A stretch of DNA of 64,000 bases from Escherichia coli. GTDB taxonomy: Bacteria > Pseudomonadota > Gammaproteobacteria > Enterobacterales > Enterobacteriaceae. This document shows, piece by piece, positions 56,460-64,000 of this stretch. The position numbers and the translations under genes are program-made. Below the pieces are notes generated by a model. It saw nothing but the letters and a program-made list of their open reading frames with translations, was not told the DNA's origin and did not search any database. The DNA lies in assembly GCF_030384885.1 (NCBI RefSeq), contig NZ_CP128613.1; one strand, written 5' to 3'. The stretch's first letter is position 1; every line of letters begins with the position of its first letter.

Positions 56460-57845
56460 TTATTCCTCCAGTTTATGCGCTTTACCGTGGCGATTAAGCC
56501 CAAAAACTTTATAAATTGCCGTCACCGCCAGCATAAAGATGATGCCGACAAACAGCGACATACGCGTATCTTCATTAAAGTACATGCCGATCAAAACGCA
56601 AATCAGGAATGCCATTGTTACGTAGTTGGCCCACGGGAACAGGATTGAGCGGAACGGATGGCTGGCAATCGCCGCTTTGTGCGCTCGACGAAAACGCAAC
56701 TGGCTAATCAAAATCACAAACCATGGCACCATCCCCGGAAGCACGCTGGCACTGTAGACATAGACAAACACACGCTGTGGATTGGGAATGATGTAGTTCA
56801 GGCATGAGCCAATTAACAGAATAGCAATTGATACCGCCACGCCTGCAACCGGAACACCTTGACGGGAAACTTTCGCCATCGCCGCCGGTAACTGACGGTT
56901 TTTCGCCAGCGCATAGAGCATACGTCCGCAACTGTACATGCCGCTGTTACAGCCAGAGAGCGCAGCCGTCAGCACCACAAAGTTGATAATACCCGCCGCT
57001 GCGGTAATGCCGATTTTGGCGAAAGTCAGTACGAACGGGCTGCCGTTGCTGCCAATTTCATTCCACGGGAAGATGGTGACAATAACGAAAATCGCACCTA
57101 CGTAGAAAATCAGGATTCGCCACAGCACTTTGCCAACGGCACTGCGCAGTGTCACCTGCGGATTCTTCGCTTCACCGGCCGTAATGCCAATCAGCTCCAC
57201 GCCCTGGTAAGACGCCACCACGATACACAATGCGGTCAGGAACCCTTTCCAGCCACCCGCAAAGAAACCGCCATGCTCTGTGAGATTGCTAAAACCAATC
57301 GACTGCCCGCCATTGCCAAAGCCAAAGAAAATCACGCCCAGGCCAATGACAATCATCACGATAATCGTGGTGACTTTGATCATCGCGAACCAGAATTCGA
57401 TTTCACCGTACAACCGCACCGCCGCCAGATTCGCCAGTGCCACCAGCGCCACCGCGATCAATGCCGGTATCCATTGCGCCATCTCCGGGAACCAGAACTG
57501 GACATAAACGCCAATGGCGGTGATTTCTGAGATCCCCACCGCCATCCACATAAACCAATAAGACCAGGCGGTGAGATAGCCAAAGAACGGGCTCATATAA
57601 CGATGCGCATAAACGGCGAACGAACCGGTAACCGGTTCGAGGAACAACATTTCGCCCATTGAACGCATGATGAAAAAGACGAACAGCCCGGCGATGATAT
57701 AGGCCAACAATACGGATGGCCCGGCCCATTTCAGGGTACTGGCGGCCCCCATAAACAGGCCGACGCCAATGGTGCCCCCCAGGGCGATGAGTTCGATATG
57801 TCGAGCTTCCAGCCCACGCTGTAGCTCTGGTTTGTTATCTGCCAT
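56460..57845 (-). CDS. yifK: Amino-acid permease YifK (APC family)
   Basis: 461 aa [36 protein letters not shown]... Confidence 0.9.
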   Translation of the reverse strand: MADNKPELQRGLEARHIELIALGGTIGVGLFMGAASTLKWAGPSVLLAYIIAGLFVFFIMRSMGEMLFLEPVTGSFAVYAHRYMSPFFGYLTAWSYWFMWMAVGISEITAIGVYVQFWFPEMAQWIPALIAVALVALANLAAVRLYGEIEFWFAMIKVTTIIVMIVIGLGVIFFGFGNGGQSIGFSNLTEHGGFFAGGWKGFLTALCIVVASYQGVELIGITAGEAKNPQVTLRSAVGKVLWRILIFYVGAIFVIVTIFPWNEIGSNGSPFVLTFAKIGITAAAGIINFVVLTAALSGCNSGMYSCGRMLYALAKNRQLPAAMAKVSRQGVPVAGVAVSIAILLIGSCLNYIIPNPQRVFVYVYSASVLPGMVPWFVILISQLRFRRAHKAAIASHPFRSILFPWANYVTMAFLICVLIGMYFNEDTRMSLFVGIIFMLAVTAIYKVFGLNRHGKAHKLEE

Positions 57846-57993
57846 AAATCCTCGTGTTGTGTTTGCATGCTTTCCGGTGTTACCGGTTATCGTTATGGGT
57901 ACATCGAGTGTTGCGAATGTTTTCGTAATTCAGGAGAAATGGCAAATAAAGCATTAAAAATTTGAATGCTTTGTGTAATAAAAAGACAGGCAG

Positions 57994-58017
57994 GCGACGA
58001 AGTGACCACTCCGTCGC
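57994..58017 (-). terminator. Hairpin (GCGACG...CGTCGC) with downstream U-rich tract on the reverse strand; candidate terminator after wecG
   Basis: Inverted repeat plus T-rich run read on the reverse strand. Confidence 0.35.
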
Positions 58018-58035
58018 TTTACAGAGAGAGGAAAA

Positions 58036-58776
58036 TCAGAGGTTGCCGGTGTAATGCCAGCGTAAATAACGCAGCAAACGAAGCTGACGCTTAATGCGGC
58101 TCGGCTGCGAAAGCAGGCGGTAGAGCCACTCCAGCCCCAGCGTTTGCCAGATTTTCGGTGCGCGTTTCACGTGACCGGTGAAAACATCGTAAGTCCCGCC
58201 AACGCCCATATACAGCGCATCCGGATGCACCAGACGGCAGTCGCGCATGAAGATCTCCTGCTTTGGCGATCCCATCGCAACGGTGACGATTTGCGCTCCG
58301 CTGGCATGAATGCGTTCAAACAGCGCCTGACGCTGCTCGGGTTTAAAATAACCATCCTGACTGCCAACGATATTCACATTCCACTGGTTGCGCAGTTTAG
58401 CTTCCGTCTGTGCCAGCACTTCAGGTTTACCGCCCACAAGAAATACCGGCGTCCCTTCTTTACCTGAACGCGCCATCAGCTCTTCCCAGAGATCGGCCCC
58501 GGCAACGCGGGAAACCTGCGCCTGCGGGTACTTTTTACGTACTGAACGTACAACGCTGATGCCATCAGCATATTTAAATTCGGCAGCGTTAATTAACTCC
58601 CTGACCTCGGCGTTATCTTCAATGGTCAGCATTTTTTCGGCATTAATGGCAACCAGCGTTCCCTGCTTAAGCTGCCCGTCAGCAAACAGATAATCGAGGG
58701 CGTGCTGCATATCACGCCAACCAATCAACTGTAAGCCACGCAGCGTATAGGTCGGTGCTGTGGTGTTGTTATTCAT
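58036..58776 (-). CDS. wecG: UDP-ManNAcA transferase WecG (ECA biosynthesis)
   Basis: 246 aa [31 protein letters not shown]... Confidence 0.9.
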   Translation of the reverse strand: MNNNTTAPTYTLRGLQLIGWRDMQHALDYLFADGQLKQGTLVAINAEKMLTIEDNAEVRELINAAEFKYADGISVVRSVRKKYPQAQVSRVAGADLWEELMARSGKEGTPVFLVGGKPEVLAQTEAKLRNQWNVNIVGSQDGYFKPEQRQALFERIHASGAQIVTVAMGSPKQEIFMRDCRLVHPDALYMGVGGTYDVFTGHVKRAPKIWQTLGLEWLYRLLSQPSRIKRQLRLLRYLRWHYTGNL

Positions 58777-58778
58777 TG

Positions 58779-60131
58779 TTATCCTTCAACCTGCGTCCGG
58801 AGCGATGATTTTGTACGTTTATGAATGAGTCCGGCGCTTTCAAAAAGCCAGTACAACAGTTTTGCGATCATCAGACATGCGCCGAAGACCACGATAAAAA
58901 AGACAACGCGTGAGACAAACGAATCCAGCCCTTCACGCGCCAGCACGATCATATTGAAGATCGCCCCGAAGCAGAAACTGTGCAATATCGCAGCCTTATA
59001 GCGATTAGTTTCGCGATTGCCCAGTTCATACAGCCAGTCGAACCATTTGATGATCAGTCCAACCACAATCGCCCCGAGCGGGATGAACAACGCGCCGCCC
59101 ATAACAACCAGTGAGCCTATAAGCGTAGGCGAGATCGCCAGCCCGGAGTGGTTATTCAGCACTTCCCAGGTAAAGTAGTTGGCGGAGTTCAGTACCATAC
59201 TCGGGCGACCCGGCCACAGCCAGGAAGGGATAAAGACATAGAAATCGCGGACAATGGGAGCCAGGCCCTGGAAGTCGATGTTGTCGTAGTTCTGCAACAG
59301 CAATGCCAGATTCTCCCACGGTGAAAAGGTATCGCGGGTGAGATAGAGAAACGTATAGAACGCTTCATCGCCGCTCACATTCATTCCATAGCGTTTTAGC
59401 GCCAGCCAGAACATGCCCACAATCCCCAGCACGCCCGCCGCCGCCAGCATCCACAACGAAATCCAGCCGCGAATAATGCCAATAAACAGGAAGATAGCGA
59501 ATGCGATGATGATATTGGCGCGAGTGCCGCCGACAATCATATAAGTCAGCAAGCCAAAGGCGACCGTGCTGACGAGGAAAAACAGCCACGCTTTGCTGTC
59601 CTGGCGCAGAAAGTAGACCACCAGCATTGCTGGGATGAAAAAGTAAAAGAAGCGCTTTAACGCCACGCCGGAGACTTCACTGGAGAAGATCTGACTGTAG
59701 GAGTTAAGCCGGAACAGCAAAAATCCGTTGTGCATGAAGAAGATGCCGACGCTCACCAGTGCAATGCCCATCAGAATCACCCATGTGAGATTGGTCTCCA
59801 CGCGGTTCATGGTAAACAATGGGCGGCGCGGTACATCGGTAGTGCGTTTGCGTAGGCGGGTTTTGTAAGTGACGTAGTAAACCGCATAGAAGCAGCCCGC
59901 AGAAAGCAACGCCTGTAACAAGATTTCTGGCGGCGCGACACCAACATCAAAGCGAAATACCAGCACGCTGGTCAGCGGAAAGCCGAAGAAAAAGGTGAGC
60001 AAAAACAGCAATGAAAAGAAGACATTGAAGTTAAAGCGCACACGGCGAAACTCAAACCAGGTCAGCGTGGCGATAAACAGCGTGCAGAGCAGCCAGACAA
60101 CAAACAAGCCACTGAATTGCAGCAGACTCAT
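58779..60131 (-). CDS. wzyE: Enterobacterial common antigen polymerase WzyE
   Basis: 450 aa polytopic membrane protein. Confidence 0.9.
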   Translation of the reverse strand: MSLLQFSGLFVVWLLCTLFIATLTWFEFRRVRFNFNVFFSLLFLLTFFFGFPLTSVLVFRFDVGVAPPEILLQALLSAGCFYAVYYVTYKTRLRKRTTDVPRRPLFTMNRVETNLTWVILMGIALVSVGIFFMHNGFLLFRLNSYSQIFSSEVSGVALKRFFYFFIPAMLVVYFLRQDSKAWLFFLVSTVAFGLLTYMIVGGTRANIIIAFAIFLFIGIIRGWISLWMLAAAGVLGIVGMFWLALKRYGMNVSGDEAFYTFLYLTRDTFSPWENLALLLQNYDNIDFQGLAPIVRDFYVFIPSWLWPGRPSMVLNSANYFTWEVLNNHSGLAISPTLIGSLVVMGGALFIPLGAIVVGLIIKWFDWLYELGNRETNRYKAAILHSFCFGAIFNMIVLAREGLDSFVSRVVFFIVVFGACLMIAKLLYWLFESAGLIHKRTKSSLRTQVEG

Positions 60132-61207
60132 GCGACCTCCCCGGCGGCAATCGCCAACGCCCGCTGCCAGCCTTGCAGATAGTTCGGGCTAAAGAAGGCA
60201 ATGGTGTTTTTATCCACCGACGCCAGCTGGCGCTGCGCTTCACGCACAATATCCTCGTTGAGATCGTCGGTAGTAAACAGCACCGGCAAATGCTGTTCCG
60301 TCATATCCTGCCAGAACGGATTTTCCCGGTTAAGCACACAAGGAATACCCGCCTGAATCAGTAAGCACAGCGTACCAATGCCCTGCTGGCGGGCAAAAAT
60401 AAAGTAACCGAGATCGCACTGACGAAGTAGCGCCAGATAGGCATCAAATTCCAGTTTTTCGCTCAGAACTTGCAGATTTTCTTCGCTGAATAACGCCAGC
60501 CCCGCCAGGCGAACTTCATTGATATATGCATCGTTATTGGGTGGATATCCCATCGGCACCACGACTTTTACCGTATCGCCAAATTGCTGATGAACGGCGC
60601 GTAAGGCGGCGACATGCTCATTGCTGCGGTCACCGGAGTTCCCCACCAGAATGGTCATTTTCCCTTCACGTTGGCGATCGTTCGCCATCGTATTGAGAGA
60701 AGGGTCCATCCGCGTCGGGAAGTACAGCAGTTCGCCCCGCACCTTTGGATGCGTTTTGGCAAAAAAACTCAAATCACCGCGGGTGGCAAATACACAGCCG
60801 ACTCGCTTTTGCGCCAGGCGACGCAACGGGTAAAAAAGCTTATATCTCAAGCCACTGGAAAGCTCATACAGGTCTGCCCCCCAGATATGCCAGAAAAACT
60901 GGCTGGGCTTAATGCCACCACTCAGCAGAGCCAGCCACAGTTTGGGATTGAACTGACCGTGGAAAAAAAATCGCTGCTGACGGTTAGCTTTTGCTTTCGC
61001 GATGACCGCTTCCGCCAGCGATTTTTTCCCAGGGAAAAATTGCACAGAAAGCGCCGGACAGCTATCACTTAAGCCATCGTCCTTGCCAACAACCATAAAC
61101 TCGCGCGCATGCTCGCTCGTCGCGGCCAGCACGTCGTTGAAAAACCGCAAAACGGTTTGGTTATGGTGAGGGATATCCGATCCCAGTACGTGAATCAGTA
61201 CAGTCAT
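60128..61207 (-). CDS. wecF: TDP-Fuc4NAc:lipid II Fuc4NAc transferase WecF
   Basis: 359 aa [33 protein letters not shown]... Confidence 0.9.
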   Translation of the reverse strand: MTVLIHVLGSDIPHHNQTVLRFFNDVLAATSEHAREFMVVGKDDGLSDSCPALSVQFFPGKKSLAEAVIAKAKANRQQRFFFHGQFNPKLWLALLSGGIKPSQFFWHIWGADLYELSSGLRYKLFYPLRRLAQKRVGCVFATRGDLSFFAKTHPKVRGELLYFPTRMDPSLNTMANDRQREGKMTILVGNSGDRSNEHVAALRAVHQQFGDTVKVVVPMGYPPNNDAYINEVRLAGLALFSEENLQVLSEKLEFDAYLALLRQCDLGYFIFARQQGIGTLCLLIQAGIPCVLNRENPFWQDMTEQHLPVLFTTDDLNEDIVREAQRQLASVDKNTIAFFSPNYLQGWQRALAIAAGEVA

Positions 61208-62454
61208 GCCCGCCTACGCCAGAGTAAAAACACGCCACAACAAAGAGAAAAATAGACGATATAGGTTGCCATATAGGCCTGCGCCGCGCCCAGTGCACCA
61301 TGCGCAGGGATTAGCCAGTGGGCAAATACCATCAATAAAGTGAACTGGCTGACTTCCGCCAGAATATAAAACCGCAGTGACGCTTTGGCGATCACCAGAT
61401 AACCAAAGACATAAGCGCCCACTTTTAACACATCACCCACTAACTGCCAGGCAAAGAGATCGCGCATAGCGGTAAATTTATTCGACAACAGCAGCCAGAT
61501 AGCAAAATCACGCAGCAACCAGACGGTAAAACTCGCCGCCGCCACTGCCGGTAAGACGAATTTCAGCGATTTAACCACTTCCCGGGTGATATCGCGCTTT
61601 TCCGTTAGCCGCGACAACGTGGGCAGCAAATATACGCTGAACGATGCCGTAATAAATTGCAGGTAGGCATCGGAAATACTGCTCACCCCTTGCCAGATCC
61701 CCACTTCATCCCAGCTATACTGCGCCGCCAACAGTTTACGCATCATGATGTACGCAACGGGCAAGGTCACCGACGTAATCAACGCCATGAGCGTAAATTT
61801 GCTCAACTGCCCTGCCAGGCCGTTATCCCAGCAGGGTTTCAGATAGCTTAACGGGATGGCACCACGTTTGATCAACATGATGACGGCAGGAATCACCACC
61901 AACGCGGGAATCAACGCCAGCCCCAGCAACGCCCCTTCATAACCACCCAAACGGTAACTGACGTAGTACGCGAGAACGCCAATCAAGCTACCGACAATCA
62001 GCGATAACGCATTACCAGCGGCATCGCGAAAGCCTTTCATCAACGCCAGTAACAGGTTGCCCCAGGCGATCCCCATTTGCACCAACGCCACTAAACGCAC
62101 CAGCCCCTGATAGTCGGTATTACCAAACAATCCCTGGCTAATTGGCGCTGCCGCCAGCACAAAAACCAGCGCCATCAGCGTAGAGAAGCCAAGCACCATC
62201 GCTGATGAAGTACCGACCACGCGGCGCAGCTGCTGCGGATTATCATGGTACTGGGCAACGTATTTGGTTACGCCGTTAAAGATGCCTGCCCCAGCAAGCA
62301 CGCCGAGCACGGTAATTAACTGGCGGAAATTTGCCGCCAGCCCAAGCCCCGCCGGACCAAATGACACCGCCAGCAACTTACCGACCAGTAACCCGGCACC
62401 AATCTTGACCAGTGTACTGGCCGCCGTCCACAAGGACGCTTTTGCCAACGACAT
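61204..62454 (-). CDS. wzxE: ECA lipid III flippase WzxE
   Basis: 416 aa 12-TM MOP-family flippase. Confidence 0.9.
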   Translation of the reverse strand: MSLAKASLWTAASTLVKIGAGLLVGKLLAVSFGPAGLGLAANFRQLITVLGVLAGAGIFNGVTKYVAQYHDNPQQLRRVVGTSSAMVLGFSTLMALVFVLAAAPISQGLFGNTDYQGLVRLVALVQMGIAWGNLLLALMKGFRDAAGNALSLIVGSLIGVLAYYVSYRLGGYEGALLGLALIPALVVIPAVIMLIKRGAIPLSYLKPCWDNGLAGQLSKFTLMALITSVTLPVAYIMMRKLLAAQYSWDEVGIWQGVSSISDAYLQFITASFSVYLLPTLSRLTEKRDITREVVKSLKFVLPAVAAASFTVWLLRDFAIWLLLSNKFTAMRDLFAWQLVGDVLKVGAYVFGYLVIAKASLRFYILAEVSQFTLLMVFAHWLIPAHGALGAAQAYMATYIVYFSLCCGVFLLWRRRA

Positions 62455-62455
62455 A

Positions 62456-63586
62456 TCAGGAGAAGTAGTTCAACAAGGTCGCAATTACCGTGCGCTGATT
62501 GACGGGCGACAGGTTGTAGAACAACGGCAGGCGCAGCAGGCGCTCGCTCTCTTTGGTGGTGTAGCGTTCTTCACCGTGGAACTCACCAAAGCGTTCCCCC
62601 GCAGGGCAACCGTGCAGCGGAATGTAATGGAACACCGCCATGATTTCCGCTTCTTTCAGAAAGTTAATCAACGCGCTCCGGTCATCAATATCCCGCAGTT
62701 TAATGTAGAACATATGCGCGTTCTGCACGCAGCCATCCGGAATCGATGGTAGCTCGATACGCCCGGCTTTCGCCAGAGGCGCTAACGCATCGTAGTAGTT
62801 TTGCCACAGCGCCAGACGTTGCTGGTTGATACGATCCGCAGCTTCCAGTTGCGCCCACAGGTACGCAGCTTGCAGATCGGACATCAAATAGCTGGAGCCA
62901 ATATCGCGCCAGGTATATTTATCGACCTGACCACGGAAGAACTGGCTGCGGTTTGTGCCTTTTTCACGGATGATCTCGGCTCGTTCGATTAACGCTTTAT
63001 CGTTAATCAGCGTCGCGCCGCCTTCACCGCCCGCCGTGTAGTTTTTGGTTTCATGGAAGCTAAAGCAGCCAATATGACCAATGGTTCCCAGCGCACGCCC
63101 TTTATAAGTGGACATCACGCCCTGAGCGGCATCTTCCACCACAAACAGATTATGCTTTTTCGCCAACGCCATAATGGTGTCCATTTCACAGGCCACGCCT
63201 GCGTAATGCACCGGCACGATAACGCGCGTTTTGTCAGTGATCGCCGCTTCAATCAGCGTTTCGTCGATGTTCATGGTGTCCGGGCGAACATCCACAAAGA
63301 CGATTTTCGCGCCACGCAGCACAAAGGCATTGGCGGTGGAGACAAAGGTGTAGCTCGGCATGATCACTTCATCGCCAGGCTGGATATCGAGCAGCAGCGC
63401 CGCCATCTCCAGAGAAGCGGTGCAGGACGGCGTCAGTAACACTTTGGCGCTGCCAAAACGTTGCTCCAGCCACTGCTGGCAGCGACGGGTAAAACCGCCA
63501 TCGCCACACAGTTTGCCGCTACCCATTGCCGACTGCATATAGTCGAGTTCGGTTCCCACCACCGGCGGTGCGTTAAATGGAATCAT
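62456..63586 (-). CDS. wecE: dTDP-4-amino-4,6-dideoxygalactose transaminase WecE
   Basis: 376 aa MIPFNAPPVVGTELDYMQSAMGSGKLCGDGGFTRRCQQWLEQ... (DegT/PLP aminotransferase). Confidence 0.9.
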   Translation of the reverse strand: MIPFNAPPVVGTELDYMQSAMGSGKLCGDGGFTRRCQQWLEQRFGSAKVLLTPSCTASLEMAALLLDIQPGDEVIMPSYTFVSTANAFVLRGAKIVFVDVRPDTMNIDETLIEAAITDKTRVIVPVHYAGVACEMDTIMALAKKHNLFVVEDAAQGVMSTYKGRALGTIGHIGCFSFHETKNYTAGGEGGATLINDKALIERAEIIREKGTNRSQFFRGQVDKYTWRDIGSSYLMSDLQAAYLWAQLEAADRINQQRLALWQNYYDALAPLAKAGRIELPSIPDGCVQNAHMFYIKLRDIDDRSALINFLKEAEIMAVFHYIPLHGCPAGERFGEFHGEERYTTKESERLLRLPLFYNLSPVNQRTVIATLLNYFS

Positions 63587-63590
63587 GTGA

Positions 63591-64000
63591 TCACCTGTAT
63601 AACCAGTACGCGGTGCTTTCTACATTCGCACCACTTTGTATGTATCGTTTAAGCGCGGCGGTGTTGCCCATCTGGGTCGCCACCCGCAAAGTTGTTTTAC
63701 CGCGAGCATACGCCCAGTTTAGCGCCGTTTGCATCAGCTCAGCACCTGCACCGCGTCCAGCCAGCAGGCCAATTCGTGTATCTGTCGCATTGAGTTCCCG
63801 TAAAGAGACATAGCCGCGAATATCGCCGGACGCCGCACGTAAAATCAGACATTGATGATCAAAGGTGCCGCGCACGGCATTTTCAATCCACTGCGCATAA
63901 AAGCGACCGCTGGCGTCAGGCGCATACCATGGCGCACGAAAACGGCTTTGCGCAAATGCGGCGCTGGCTAACTGACGTAATGCGGGAATATCTGTCTCTT
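63591..64000 (-). CDS. wecD: dTDP-fucosamine acetyltransferase WecD (RffC), partial (5' end beyond window end)
   Basis: Reverse frame is open from 64000 down to stop at 63591 (...[64 protein letters not shown]...); ORF track shows only the Met-initiated C-terminal 94 aa. Confidence 0.85.
   Translation of the reverse strand, partial: ETDIPALRQLASAAFAQSRFRAPWYAPDASGRFYAQWIENAVRGTFDHQCLILRAASGDIRGYVSLRELNATDTRIGLLAGRGAGAELMQTALNWAYARGKTTLRVATQMGNTAALKRYIQSGANVESTAYWLYR

Overview
This window is an Escherichia coli-type chromosomal backbone, reverse-complemented relative to the usual K-12 orientation, running ubiD(partial)-rfaH-tatDCBA-ubiB/J/E-rmuC ... udp-ysgA ... metE-metR-yigM-yigL-pldB-rhtB-rhtC-recQ-pldA-yigI-rarD-yigG-yigF-corA-yigE ... 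uvrD-yigB-xerC-yigA-dapF-yifL ... cyaY-cyaA-hemCDXY-glmZ-aslA-aslB-tRNA operon-yifK-wecG-wzyE-wecF-wzxE-wecE-wecD(partial). Gene calls rest on reading the supplied ORF translations and recognising the protein families from memory; no database search was run. Against that conserved backbone there are five loci I do not recall at these positions in K-12: (1) a 5.6 kb operon between rmuC and udp encoding an IclR-family regulator, a DgoK-like kinase, a DgoA-like aldolase and a TctCBA tripartite tricarboxylate transporter; (2) an AT-rich 2 kb islet between ysgA and metE encoding an Hcp (T6SS tube protein) fused to a C-terminal extension of unknown function, plus a small overlapping downstream ORF (candidate immunity protein), with no other T6SS genes nearby; (3) a signal-peptide-bearing DUF62/SAM-hydrolase-like gene between yigE and uvrD; (4) two translationally coupled, paralogous secreted repeat proteins between yifL and cyaY; (5) an IS3-family insertion sequence with a 3-bp TAC target duplication interrupting the arylsulfatase gene aslA. 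The sRNA GlmZ, four tRNAs, REP/BIME repeats, a LexA box upstream of uvrD and CRP sites upstream of udp are also identifiable. The most likely candidate for a novel system is the orphan Hcp-extension/immunity pair, followed by the keto-deoxy-sugar-acid operon and the secreted paralog pair.
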